DNA of 64,000 bases from Eledone cirrhosa (lineage: Eukaryota). Positions 1-14,424 of the stretch are shown in pieces. Position 1 is the first letter of the stretch; the number at the start of each line of letters is the position of its first letter. The notes under the pieces are model-generated. The model was given only the letters and a program-made list of their open reading frames with translations, had not been told where the DNA came from and did no database searches. The translations under genes and the position numbers were made by a program. The DNA lies in assembly GCA_964016885.1 (NCBI GenBank), contig OZ024759.1, positions 28,024,001 to 28,088,000 of the forward strand. The letters are read 5' to 3'.

Positions 1-753
1 TTCTTAATTTTCCTGGTTTTATTCTAATTGCAATATTGGCACACATATACACATAAACACACACAGATACACCCACAATACACACAAACATACACATATA
101 CACACTAACGCACATATATATACACACTAACACACATATGCACACACCAATACACACATATACACCAGCACACGCATACACACCAATAGGCATATATACA
201 CACAGACACACACACACGTATACGTACATACTCAGAATCAACCATACACCCACGCAAACATACACGCAGACAAACACACATATACACATAAACACACAGA
301 TATACACACACGTACATACGCACGTCATGAACCTTTATTTATCGACCACACACCAAATATGAAATCGATATATAAACATGATTAAATTAAAGAACCACTC
401 ACTTTCCATTAAGTATTTCACGAAATATAACAAAGAACATCTGTGTAAATCAGACATAATCAATATCGATGATCGATTTAATTCGATCTAAGCCGATCTG
501 ATCTTCTTCTCTCTTTTATTTTGAAATCAAAAAAATTCATAAATTAATAAGTCTAGAATGGAACACCAACCTCAGGTAATATCGATACTTATAACAAATG
601 TAAATTGTTCGACGCACCAGTTGCCAAACATTGATTTTCTCATGGAATATTTGATTATATATTATCGAAAAATAAGTTAATGTGCAATAGTTTAGATAAA
701 ACTATTACTGTAATGTAAATATTTCAATATATATAATAGACTGAGCCATTGCT

Positions 754-815
754 GGTTCTTTTAGTTCTCCAATATTTCGGGATATAAAAGTCCCTTCATC
801 AGAGTTTAAGGAACC
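754..815 (-). ncRNA. Minimal Type I hammerhead ribozyme motif (PLE pLTR-like)
   Basis: Minus strand: GGUUCCUUAAACU-CUGAUGA-A-GGGA(cuuuuaua)UCCC-GAAA-UA-UU-GGAGAACUAAAAGAACC. Intact core, 4-bp stem II, palindromic AAUAUU stem III, distal stem I GGUUC/GAACC; proximal stem I weak. Next to a (TA)n tract. Confidence 0.65.
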
Positions 816-838
816 TTCACATATATATACCATATATG

Positions 839-905
<67 letters not shown>

Positions 906-1019
906 ACATAAACAGAGAAAGCCTTAAGCGATACTCCGACCAACTCCATCTCACTCAACAAACATTAGGATATACTTAAGTATTATCCCAATTTAGTGTT
1001 TGGGGTGCTAACTAATTTC

Positions 1020-1198
1020 GTGGATAATTGGTTGTATTCGGACGCCATGCTTTCCAGCACAGTTACGTCCCTTTACGATCTGAGTTCAAATCCCGCCGAG
1101 GTTGACTTTGCCTTTCATCCTTACGGGGTCGATAAAATAAAGTACCAGTAATGCACTGGGTAATTGCTGACCTTGTGCCTAAAGTAGAAACAATTATT
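1020..1198 (+). mobile_element. tRNA-derived SINE (family 1, Nin-domain-like core)
   Basis: B-box GAGTTCAAATCC followed by GACTTTGCCTTTCATCCTTACGGGGTCGATAAAATAAAGTACCAG; the same sequence recurs many times in the window. Confidence 0.85.
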
Positions 1199-1214
1199 TT
1201 ATATGAGACATTAT

Positions 1215-1323
<109 letters not shown>

Positions 1324-1634
1324 TGACTTGTTATTCTTTTTGGTAAATATCTTGGTTCAGAGAGTGGGACTGTCTTTGTGAAGTGCCTTTGCTCACTATA
1401 AAATCTTCACGGCACAGGCATTGCTTTATATCTGGAGATCTCTCTGCACTTGTCGCTACATGGTACCATGGGCCCAGCACTATGTGTCAATAGTTGTCAC
1501 AAGTGTAGTGTTTGTACCAGAGTTTTCAAGTCGCTGGCTGGACTAAAAAGTCACACTCGTTCAGCGCATCGGTAAGGGTTCTCCTACATGGATATAAAGT
1601 AGTGGCCGTACTCGAAAACGAGTTGGCAGCCACC

Positions 1635-1747
1635 ATGTATGTATGTATATATGTATGTATATATATGTGTATGTATGTGTATATATATATATATATATGT
1701 ATGTGTATATAAATGTGTATGTATGCATATATATGTATATATATGTA

Positions 1748-1833
<86 letters not shown>

Positions 1834-1837
1834 TATG

Positions 1838-1911
<74 letters not shown>

Positions 1912-2402
1912 AGTATGTATGTATATATATATGTATGAGTATGTATATATATATATATGTGTATGTATATATATATATATGTGTATGTATATATATGTAT
2001 GTGTATGTATATATATATATATGTGTATGTATATATATATATGTGTATGTATGTGTATGTATATATATATATGTATGTGTATTTATGTATATATATATAT
2101 ATGTATGTGTATATATGTATGTATATATGTATGTGTATATATGTATGTGTATGTATATATATATATGTATGTGTATTTATCTATATATATATGTATGTGT
2201 ATTTATCTATATATATATGTATGTATATTTATCTATATATATATGTATGTGTATATATGTATGAGTATATATATATATATATATGTGTGTGTTTATATGT
2301 ATGTATATATGTATGAGTATGTTTATATATGTATGTATATATATATTTATATTTCTTTGATAACTTTGATAAGTTTCGCCCAGTTTATATATATATATAT
2401 TA
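1635..2402. repeat. Compound (TA)n/(TATG)n microsatellite
   Basis: Directly visible; source of the YI/CV pseudo-ORFs. Confidence 0.95.
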
Positions 2403-2891
2403 ATACTAGAGTGATTTATAAGATTTACTTTAGTACCATATCAAATATACGGAATTGAATGTACATTCTGTACAGAATATACAGAATATACAGAATATAC
2501 AGCTGATGTCAAGTTTTGCTGGAAATAAATTTTAAATGATTTTTTTCTTCTGTTCTGTGGCAATGTTTTGCTTGCTATTGTGAATCAGTATGGAAACATG
2601 ATTGATGCTTTTGTCAAACATTGAAAACTTCATAAATAATCGATGGAAAGTATTAATTTCACGACTTTTATAATTAGGTTAAAAGTTTTTGCCTTTTGTA
2701 CATTCCATTATTTCTGCCATATGTATGTGTGTGTTTGTATGTTTGTATGTGTGTTTGTATGTTTGTATGTGTGTTTGTATGTTTGTATGTGTGTGTATGT
2801 ATATATATATATATATATATGTAAGTCTGTTTATGTATGTATATATGTATGTATATATGTATATATTTATATGAATAGATATGTACATAGC

Positions 2892-2922
<31 letters not shown>

Positions 2923-2924
2923 GA

Positions 2925-2993
<69 letters not shown>

Positions 2994-3207
2994 GTGTGTG
3001 TATATATATCTATATATATGTGTGTGTATATATATCTATATATATGTATGTTCATATATATATATATATATGTACTTATATGTAGATATAGGTGAATATA
3101 TATATATGTATGTCTATATATATATATGCATATGTATTTATATGTATTTATAGGTGAATACACACACACACACAAATATATATATCTATATATATACACA
3201 TTCATAC

Positions 3208-3294
3208 ATGTTCTCGTCTTTTGTTTCAATTGTCTTCTGACTGATTTACGATGGCTGCCATGTTGGTAATGGTGCCAGACTTGCAATGGAGATT
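3208..3294 (-). CDS. Candidate 87-nt exon resembling the C-terminal half of a U1/matrin-type zinc finger (tentative)
   Basis: Minus strand: tctttgtAG|...|GTatga, 87 nt, symmetric phase 1, open frame [28 protein letters not shown] with S-x2-Q-x3-HY-x4-H-x-K-x2-R spacing. No partner exon identified. Confidence 0.2.
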
Positions 3295-3604
3295 CTACAA
3301 AGACATATCTTTAACCTGCTTTTCAATTTCTGGTCTGTTTTACAAATTATCTAAAGGTTACTCCACTATTTATTTATTCAAAATGCTTAAAAACTATTCT
3401 ATGAATTGTTGTTCTCCTTTCTTTCCATATTTCACTATTTCACTAAAAGTTTTAAACTTTCTTTAAAAGTTAAGAAGAGAACATACTAGACAGCGTCGCT
3501 CTATTTGTAAACAACTACGAAATTTATATATATATATAAAATTACACATATGTATATATATATATATGTACAATTACGCACACTCTCTCTTTCTCACACA
3601 CACC

Positions 3605-3648
<44 letters not shown>

Positions 3649-3724
3649 CACGAACAGAAAAAGGTTGGGGAATGAGATATAGCACACACTAACAGATAAT
3701 AAAGAAATATGCAAATACAACACA

Positions 3725-3755
<31 letters not shown>

Positions 3756-4097
3756 TCACACATAGACACACACACATATACACACACATACACACACAGA
3801 GACACACACACAAACATACAACGTGATCAATATTTGTTCTATGAATAGAACCTTTTCCAATAAATAGCTACAAATTGTTTTGTTATTAAAGAGAAGATTT
3901 TCTCATCAATGCCACTTTAGCAAAAGTTATGGTTATCACATTTGACTAGTTTTTAGCACATCCCACACAAATGTTGCAGTGCCGGACATAAAAACACCAA
4001 TGGCGGATTATCAACTTACCAATTTATTTCACTCATTCTCAGATATAATTAGAATGATGAAAACAAAATAACAGAAGAATCGAATTTGCAAGATTTT

Positions 4098-4575
4098 GGT
4101 CACGAATCTTGGGTAATGAATGAAAGAATACGATCGCAAATACAAGCGGCTGAAATGGGGTTCCACCGAAGGATCTTTGGAGTAACGTTACTCGATAAAG
4201 TGTGTAGCTCAGAGATCAGAGAGAGAGTTACTCTAGGTAGAGCCATTATTTCTCCGAATTGAGATATCACAGCTCCGATATTATGGACATGTAGTTAGAA
4301 AGGGATTCCTCGGAAAGATCTTTGGAGTAACGTTACTCGATAAAGAGCATAGCTGGGAGATCAGAGAGTCTCTCCGTATTGACAGATCACAGCTCCGATA
4401 CTATGCGCATGTGGTTAGGTTGTCTCAGTAAAGATTCGCTGGACAGATTTTACGAGCAAATCCAACTGGCAGGAGACTCAGGGGTAGACCCCGAGCAAGA
4501 TGGTTGGATGACATCCATGAGCTTGGCTGGTCTAGCTTGAGGATCCAGCTGGATCAGTTGGAGACGGTTGCTTCT
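4098..4575 (+). mobile_element. RTE-clade LINE ORF C-terminal fragment, decayed, with internal duplication
   Basis: Translates GHESWVMNERIRSQIQAAEMGFHRRIFGVTLLDKVCSSEIRE...SQLRYYGHVVR, then a repeat of that part and ...RANPTGRRLRGRPRARWLDDIHELGW; frameshift and in-frame stop present. Confidence 0.85.
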
Positions 4576-4599
4576 GGTGTCGTCGTTGACAGGTTCACC

Positions 4600-4781
4600 T
4601 AGTCAAGGAAGGCAGTGGAAGAAATGGCGAGATGAGATCGTTAAGTTTATGGATATTACATGATGAGAACAGCACAAGGTAGGAACAATTGACATCGGCT
4701 TGGGGAGGCCTCTCCTGGACAGGTCATGGCCGAGAGGCTGAGAATGGTGGTGATGATGATTATGATGATGATGATGATGAT
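4600..4781 (+). mobile_element. Second RTE-like LINE 3' end with (GAT)n tail
   Basis: GRQWKKWRDEIVKF...RTAQGR resembles the RTE C-terminus and is followed by a GAT-repeat tail. Confidence 0.55.
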
Positions 4782-5138
4782 CGGAGGAGCTGAGATTCTT
4801 GTAGTAGCGGGGGAAAATGGAAGAGAGAGAGGATACAGCATGTCTGTGGATTAGGGATCGGAGAGTGTTGTTGTGAGGATTCTTACCAATCCGCAAGTTG
4901 GGCCCTTTATATAATTTTGGGGGTGGTTGGGTGGTAAAGGAAGGGCTGCGTTTAAGATGTCATTGTTTACAGCAACAGCAACACTGTTACAGATGTGGAA
5001 GTAGTATTACATTGTGACCTTGTACCTGGTCGTACCTACTAGATACCAGTAATAGATCAAGGATATTGCATAACAGAAACGTAAAATGACAGAGCAAAAA
5101 GACCTGCGATGTTCAGCCCAGCCTCTTTACGACCTGCC

Positions 5139-5556
5139 TACAAATCTGATAGACACCGCCATTGTACAAATGTGACAGACACCGCCATTGTACAAATGTG
5201 ACAGACACTGCCATTGTACAAATGTGACCAACACCGCCATTGTTCAAATGTGACCAACACCGCCATTGTTCAAATCTGATCAACACCGCCATTGTTCAAA
5301 TGTGACCAATACCGCCATTGTACAAATGTGACCAACACCGCCATTGTTCAAATGTGATCAATACCGCCATTGTACGAATGCGACTAACACCGCCATTGTA
5401 CGAATGCGACTAACACCGCCATTGTACGAATGCGACTAACACCGCCATTGTAAGAATGCGACTAACACCGCCATTGTACGAATGCGACTAACACCGCCAT
5501 TGTAAGAATGCGACTAACACCGCCATTATACAAATGCGACTAACACCGCCATTGTA
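5139..5556. repeat. 26-bp minisatellite, about 16 copies
   Basis: Unit ACCGCCATTGTACAAATGTGACAGAC with variants; period from ACCGCC at 5155 and 5181. Confidence 0.95.
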
Positions 5557-6431
5557 CTTTATGCTTCAAGGTGTCGACAAATTAAAGCCAATTAAGAAAT
5601 CAACAAATAATTTAATTAATCAATATATATCCCCCCTTCTCTCTACACTCTCTCCCTCACGTTCACCCCTTCCCTCCCACACTCACTCTCTCCCTCACGT
5701 TCACCCCTTCCCTCCCACACTCGCTCTCTCCCTTCCTTCACACTCGCTCTCTCCCTTCCTTCACACTCGCTCTCTCCCTTCCTTCACACTCACTCTCTCC
5801 CACACTCCCTCTCACTCCCCCTCCCTCTACACTTCCTCTCACACTCCCTCCCTCTATACTCCCTCTCTCTCTCCACACTCTCCCCACACACTCTACACTC
5901 CTTCTCTCTACACTGTCTCCCTCTACAGTCCTTCCCACACTCTCTCCCGTCCACCCCACCCTCCCACAATCCGTCCGTCCACCCTCTCCACCCTCCATAC
6001 GCTCTCTCCACATCCCCTTAACACTCCCCCATCCTCCACCCTTCAACACACCCTCCTCCTCCCTCTACACCCCCTTTCTTTACACTGCTTTACATTGCTA
6101 ATTATCTTTTGTTCTATGAAATGTTCAATGTAGTTTTAGTTTTAAATTGATATTTTAATCGATTCTTGCAACAACAACAAAAAATAAATGTTTTGTGTCT
6201 TTATATTATTAAGAGAAGAAAAAAAAATCGAATATTTTGAGGGGAATGAAAGATTTATGGGAGTTTGATTATATGCCGTGGAGAAATCTATTGACATATT
6301 AAGGCATCTGGAATGATTTCGACAGATAATCGAAGATAAACCATGTACAATTTTTCCAAATGATTTATTTCATGCTTCAAGACATTTAGAATATAAATCC
6401 TCTTATTCTAAAACAACGAAGGATGTATATA

Positions 6432-6474
<43 letters not shown>

Positions 6475-6475
6475 T

Positions 6476-6520
<45 letters not shown>

Positions 6521-6600
6521 CGATCTCATAATAGCCATAAACACGCCTGTATATTTCTATATCCTTATAATAAAATCAGATGTATTGATGTTTATAATTT

Positions 6601-6658
<58 letters not shown>

Positions 6659-7248
6659 TATATATATGTACAGACACACACATGTATATTTATAAAGATA
6701 TAAGGAGCGGAGAGGAGGTTTTTGCTAGGATAAAAACTGGACATATTTTACAATATTTTGGGGGAATAAATCGCTTTTTATTGCAAACTACAACATAGTA
6801 GTTTTTGTATGTATGTATATTTTTTATTTCTTCGAGTGGTATTGTCAGAGTATAATAAGATTGGTCAGGCAATAGTGTTGCAATATATATATATATATAT
6901 ACACACGTAGAGCTATACCTGCAATCACATTCACATACTGACATACAGGCACATACACAGAAACACACAAATACACACACATATACATCCACACACACAT
7001 AGAGCCACACACACACATACAGCCACACACACATACAGCCACACACACAGTCACACACACACACACAAGCATAAACACAAACAGATAGAGCCACAGACAA
7101 ACACGTAACAGACACTAATCACCATTCCTGTAATCTTGTATGTTCAGAAACATCAAACTTGCTATAAAACTTTTCTTATGTAGGAAGATGGATATATATA
7201 TATATATATATGTATACATATATATATATATATACGCATATATATGTG

Positions 7249-7299
<51 letters not shown>

Positions 7300-7461
7300 G
7301 TATATCTAATGAGGTATTCTCGAAAGTCCAAAACATATCCAATTAGATATAACTCGGTCATCATAGATTGACAACTGTACACACACACACACACACACAC
7401 ACTGACGTACATAGACACTCGTTCGCATACAGACGCACCCACACACACACACATACACACA

Positions 7462-7492
<31 letters not shown>

Positions 7493-7579
7493 ATAATGTA
7501 TGGACGTGTTTGTCTCTGAAAACCTTTATACATACATCAGACTGTTTCCTGTTTTAGAATTCATCTGAGAGTACTAGAA

Positions 7580-7657
<78 letters not shown>

Positions 7658-8059
7658 GTGTGTGTGTGTATAAATATGTATTTATATATATGTGTGTGTA
7701 TAAATATGTATTTATATATATATATGTGTATATATATATGTATATATGTATACATATATGTGTGTGTGAGTATATATATATATATATATATATAAATATA
7801 TTTATATACATATATGTTATAGTCACCCATTTTGGAGAAATATATATATATATATATATATACATGGTCAAGTGCTGTTTACATTGTGTGGTGTGGTAGT
7901 AACCAGTTCTGAGATAGCTATGTCTGTTTCCGTTGAAGATTTCTGAGACTTATTCAAACATCGCCTGACCAAAACATATATAATAAAGAACTGGCTTTTA
8001 TTCTAATGAAACATATAATATATATGTATATATGTTTATATGTATAATATATATACATA

Positions 8060-8150
<91 letters not shown>

Positions 8151-8457
8151 ACATGCCCACACATATATATGTGTGTGTGACTCTGTGTGTGTGTCTCAGT
8201 GCGTGAAAAGTCAACGAAGCAAAATACCAGACAGGAGAACAATATAGTGCAATGATGAAATATATTAGTTTAACGCTTTAATATAGTAGGAACACAATCA
8301 TAACGCTTCGGACGTTAGTTCTTTATCAAAAGAGAGAATGAGAACTGGAAGAAATAAAAGGATAGTGGAAAGTCAGTAGATGTAGAAAAAGGAGAGGTAT
8401 ATAAAAGTCAGGCATTTTGAAAGTTTATATAATGTATGTATATATGTATTTATATAC

Positions 8458-8518
<61 letters not shown>

Positions 8519-8522
8519 TCTC

Positions 8523-8583
<61 letters not shown>

Positions 8584-9093
8584 GAATGTTTATATCTATA
8601 TACATATGTATATATGTAACAAAATGTTTGACACATAGTAAACAATATTTTGTCAGATGCAAACAACCAGAAATGGCAGGCTGTTCTTTCTCTCACTCTC
8701 TCACTCTCTCTCTCTGTCTTACTCTCTCCCTCTATCTCTCTATTTCTCTCTCTCTCTCCCTGTGTGTGCGTGTGCGCGTATATACGTGGCTTTGTGATTT
8801 TTGTGCCCGTATTCTTGATAGGAAGTAGAGAGCAAAAACAGAGAAAAAGAGAGAACGTGCGAGAGATGGCGAAAGAACGAACGATATATATATATATATA
8901 TATGTGCGTGTGTGTGAGTATATATACACAGTATATATATATATATAGAGAGAGAGAAAGAGAGAGAGAATGAAAGAAAGGCTACATCGTATGAATGGTG
9001 AAGGTTAATATTTTCTCTAATATTTTTTTACTTCATTTATTTCATCCTTACGACGTATGTCTCAATTATCAACAGGGAGAAATATGGTGTATA

Positions 9094-9161
<68 letters not shown>

Positions 9162-9321
9162 CACGCGCATATATATATATATGAAGGAAGTTATAGTTCA
9201 CTTGAAGCATTATTTATTTAAATAAATTTAAGGTAAAAGACTAATTCTCAACAATATCTTTTGCATTTGTATTTATATTCTATATCCATACCTGCATTGT
9301 TTTGGCTTTACAAATACAAAC

Positions 9322-9358
<37 letters not shown>

Positions 9359-9432
9359 CTCATATAATTGTCATTCAAGATTCTTGATATGAAATCGTCT
9401 GTTGAAACCGAAATTCTTATATTTGTGGATGG

Positions 9433-9490
<58 letters not shown>

Positions 9491-9495
<5 letters not shown>

Positions 9496-9909
9496 TAGTC
9501 CTTCATCAGTGATCTTCCAACCTTCATTGGTATTTCATCGCTTTAAAGACCATATACCTCCGGTTGGTGCGAGCAACGGCCAAAGAAAGTCGTTGGGACA
9601 CGTAAATAAGGGGAGCGAGCGAGACTGTAAACAATCAAAGATGGTAATGCAACGAAAAGTGAGGAAGAAGGAGTCAAGTCCTAGAATTCTATGAATATAA
9701 GTTCTGTGAAATCGTGGACGAGAGAGAATAAAGACCATCAAACCTAGTCGAAATGTGAGCAAGGAAAGAATTTCGCACAGGTCAAACGGGAGGAAGAAGG
9801 AGTCTAGTCCCTGAATTCGGTGAACATAAGTTCCAACCGGAGGTATATGGTCTTTAAAGCGATGAAATACTAATGAAGGTTGGAAGATCACTGATGAAGG
9901 ACTAACTTT
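9491..9909. mobile_element. Inverted-repeat element with ~77-bp arms, each carrying a hammerhead 5' half (PLE-like)
   Basis: 9491-9567 is the reverse complement of 9833-9909 (about 1 mismatch); each arm reads outward ...GATCA-CTGATGA-AGGACTAACTTT; the left end abuts (TA)n. Confidence 0.6.
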
Positions 9910-10106
9910 ATTCATATGTAGCCCATTTTCAACCACGCAGCACGTCTTGTTTTCATATATATATATATATACCCATATATGTATATCATGATTTCTCCCG
10001 TATGAAACAGTTCTAATCATCCAGAACCTATTTCTATATTAAATATTTATACTCTGCTATATATTGAGTACCTTACTGTGGTTACCCCCGATTGAACCCG
10101 GAATAA

Positions 10107-10157
<51 letters not shown>

Positions 10158-10869
10158 CATATATGTATGGTGGAATCTTTTGTAACGCAATGAAGATTTT
10201 CATGAAAAATAAGAATTTGCGGAGCATATCACGTAAGTTCACATGTGTGTCTATAATTGTCAACTTGAATTTGAGATAACCTTCTCTTCTCTCTTTTCTC
10301 TTTTTTCATGAGAATGCATATATACTTATGTATTTTTGAAGTTTTGTCTCAGATTTTGCTTATAGACCTAAGAATTTTTAAACTAAGCATGGGGTCATAT
10401 TTTTCACACATTATGGACATGTGTCTCATTCATGAATATTGATATTTACATTATAATACCTAATTCATAAAAATTGATAATTCAAATGGATGAGACATAA
10501 TATATTTTAAATATATCATCTTTCTTTCTTTTTCTCCTCTACACTGGACGGGATTTATGTACCGGCTGTTTTAACTGTATCCCTTCCCTCCTTAACCTCT
10601 CACTTGTACGCTGATCATATGTCCCCAAGCTGCCTACCATTTTTTCACTTCCTCAATATATTTCTCTCTCCCATATCTCCTTCTCTCTCTATCTCGCTCT
10701 GTTGTTTTTTCTTTACATACATCTCTTCATCTTCTTCTTTTTATCTTCGTTTTTCTTCGTCTTTCTTTCTCTATATCTGTCCTTAACAGTTTCACTACCA
10801 AATCAACTTTTTAAATGGAAGTTGCATTATTCTAAGGTATGTCAAAATTATTTATAAAACAGCTTATAT

Positions 10870-10940
10870 ATCGTATTTTGTCTGAGGAAGGCATACCATA
10901 TTTTTAATATGATATCCCAGAAATATATATAACGAAATAA
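10870..10940 (+). ncRNA. Hammerhead motif, family A copy 1
   Basis: uuuugu-CUGAGGA(10882-10888)-AGGCAUACCAUAUU..AAUAUGAUAUCCCA-GAAA(10920)-UAUAUAUAA; homologous to copies at 21.7 and 56.8 kb; outer arms TATTTATAAAAC/GTTTTATAAATA. Confidence 0.55.
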
Positions 10941-11175
10941 ATATGGTTTTATAAATATAGTTTCCATTTGTTTAATATCGTATATATATATATATGTATT
11001 TATGAAAAAGGTAAACAGAAATAACAACACAATCGGTACAGTATATGGAAGGTATATATTAGGTTAACGCTTGATATAGCAGGAAGAGGGTATATATATA
11101 TATACATGGGTGTGTATGTAGATATGCATATACAAGTATATGCAAAGTATGTATATGAATATATACATGCATATT

Positions 11176-11276
11176 TGTCAAATCGGACCGAGGAAACAAT
11201 GTTTCCGTTGGTCTTTCCAATTGCTAATACTATCTATCGGTCGCAACTCCCGGTAGAAGGAGCAACGTGAAATAAA
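11176..11276 (-). mobile_element. SINE family 2 fragment
   Basis: Near-identical to 58148-58247. Confidence 0.7.
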
Positions 11277-11453
11277 TACATGCATATATACATTAATAAA
11301 TAAATCAACTAATACCTTAACACTTCACACAAAGTAAAATATTTCGCTTTAATCATTTTCTAACCCAGAAAAAAGAGAGAAAAAAATAAAAAGGGAAAAA
11401 AAAAAATGTTTTCTTCCTAATAATCGTCTTTTTCTCCCTGTTTTCACACACAC

Positions 11454-11499
<46 letters not shown>

Positions 11500-11542
11500 G
11501 AAATACTGTTGGCTTCTTGCTCACATTGATTTCTCTATTTTC

Positions 11543-11604
<62 letters not shown>

Positions 11605-12344
11605 CTTCCCTTATCTAATTTATATATATATATATGTGTGTGTGTGTATATGTGTGTGTTTCTGTGTAGCTGTGTGAGTGTATGCGTGTGTTTATTATTG
11701 CTTTGTCGATAATTACACTCAGTGTCGGTGATAATTGCTTGCATACGATAATGTTGATTGTATCCAATAATGTTCTTCAAACGCCAAGAATCCTTGGAAG
11801 TTTACCAACTTTGAGGTCCTCCCCTTCACCTCTCTTCTCTCTCCCTATAGCCATCTCCCCTCGTCTCCTCTCTCATTTTCTCCCTGTCCCACCCCCCTCT
11901 CCCGCTTGTCTCTTCATGCCCCTCTCCTACACCTTTCCTCGTCTCCCTCTTTCCCCGTCCTTCTCACCTCTCTCCTCTCCTCTCTCCTATACCTTTCTCC
12001 TCTCTCCTTTCCTCCCATCACCCCACCCTCTCCTCACCTCTCCCATCACCCCAGCCCTCTCTCACATCCCATCCCTCTCCTCACCCTGCCCCTCTCGCCT
12101 ATCCCACCCCACCTCACCCCTCTCGCCTATCCCATCCCACCCACCCTCTCTCCTATCCCAGCCCCCTCCTCACCCCACCCCTCTCTCCTATCCCAGCCCT
12201 CTCCCCCTCCACCACATCTACTGCTGTTGTTTGCTGTAATATAGTTATTAGCCACAATAATTACAGAGTTAATGTTGACTGTTCCAGGTACATTTTTAAA
12301 CATCAAATACTTTATATTGGTAGATTACACTTTCTATTAATATT

Positions 12345-13690
12345 GACAGACACCCACTTACACACACACACACACACATATATATATACATAGACAAACA
12401 TACACATACATATACACAGATACATACATATAGACATACATACACATACATATAGACATACATACACATACATAAAAACAAACATACACATACATATAGA
12501 CATTCATATACACATACACAGATACACACATACATATACATATATACAGACACACACATACAGAGACAAACATACACATACATATAGACATACATATACA
12601 CAGATACACACATATACATATACACATATACATATACATATACATATACACATACACAGATACACACATACATATATACATACAGATACACACATACATA
12701 TACATATACACAGATACACACATACATATACATATACACAGATACACACATACATAGACAAACAAACACATACATATAGACATACATATGCATACATATA
12801 CACAAACATATAGACAAACATACACATCCATACATATAGACATACATATACACATACACAGATACACACATATACATATATACATATACACAGATACACA
12901 CACATATACACATACACAGATACACACATACATATACACAGATACACACATACATATACACATACACAGATACACACATACATATACATATACACAGATA
13001 CACACATACATATACATATACACAGATACACACATACATATACACATACACAGATACACACACACATACACAGATACACACATACATATACATATACACA
13101 GATACACACATACATATACATATACACAGATACACACATACATATACACATACACAGATACACACATACACAGATACACACATACATATACACATACACA
13201 GATACACACATACATATACATATACACAGATACACACATACATATACATATACACAGATACACACATACATATACACATACACAGATACACACATACATA
13301 TACATATACACAGATACACACATACATAGACAAACAAACACATGCATATACACAGACATACATATACACAGACATACATATACACAGACATACATACACA
13401 TACACACAGACATACCTATACATACACACAGACATACATATAGATATACACAGACATACATATACATAGACATACCTATACACAGACATACATATACACA
13501 GACATACATATACATAGACATACCTATACACAGACATACATACATACAGACATACATATACACAGACATACATATACATACACACAGACATACATATACA
13601 TACACATACACACAGACATACATATACATACACACAGACATACATATACATATACACAAACATACATATATATACACACAGACATACACA
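12345..13690. repeat. CA-rich compound micro/minisatellite (CACAGATACACACATACATATA-like)
   Basis: Directly visible. Confidence 0.9.
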
Positions 13691-13887
13691 TAGAATAATA
13701 CACAGACGGATGGTAGCTTACACTTGGTATTAATATACACAGGCACACACACAAACACATATACAGACACATACAAACCCACATAATACATATATACATA
13801 CATACATATATGCATATACATACATACATACAGACTTACATACTTACATACATACGTAGATACATACAAACACATATATATATATAC

Positions 13888-13936
<49 letters not shown>

Positions 13937-14095
13937 TATATACATATATATACATATATATATACATATATATACATATATATATATACATATATATATA
14001 AATGAAAAGTATAGAAATTGTTGTAGCGAGAAGCTAACAGTATTCCATAACATATATATATATATATATATATACATATATATATACATATATAT

Positions 14096-14134
<39 letters not shown>

Positions 14135-14424
14135 TCTTAGTGTGAAGTTTGGGTTTGAAATAAATCTTCACACATACATATATACAGGCATACACACATA
14201 TTCACACATACATATAGGCATACATACTTATATGCATACATCCATACACAGATATACACACATATACACACATGTGTGCATATATGTATATGCACACATA
14301 CGCCCACACAAAAAATATACAGACACGTATACACATAAACACAGATATACACATATATTTATGTATGCACATTACGCACTCAACACACACACACACGTAT
14401 ATATCAACTATACATACAAATTAC

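Noticed and set aside
5139-5556. CRISPR-like appearance of this and the 30.1-kb array
   Set aside because: Units are contiguous with no unique spacers, there are no cas genes, and the context is eukaryotic.
7301-7351. CTAATGA-GG..CC-AAAA hammerhead-like word
   Set aside because: Both core boxes are mutated; possibly a decayed copy but not supportable.
12296-13977. Long ORFs of 300-540 aa, and similar YI/CV/HT ORFs throughout the window
   Set aside because: Translations of dinucleotide-based repeats that lack stop codons; no domain content.
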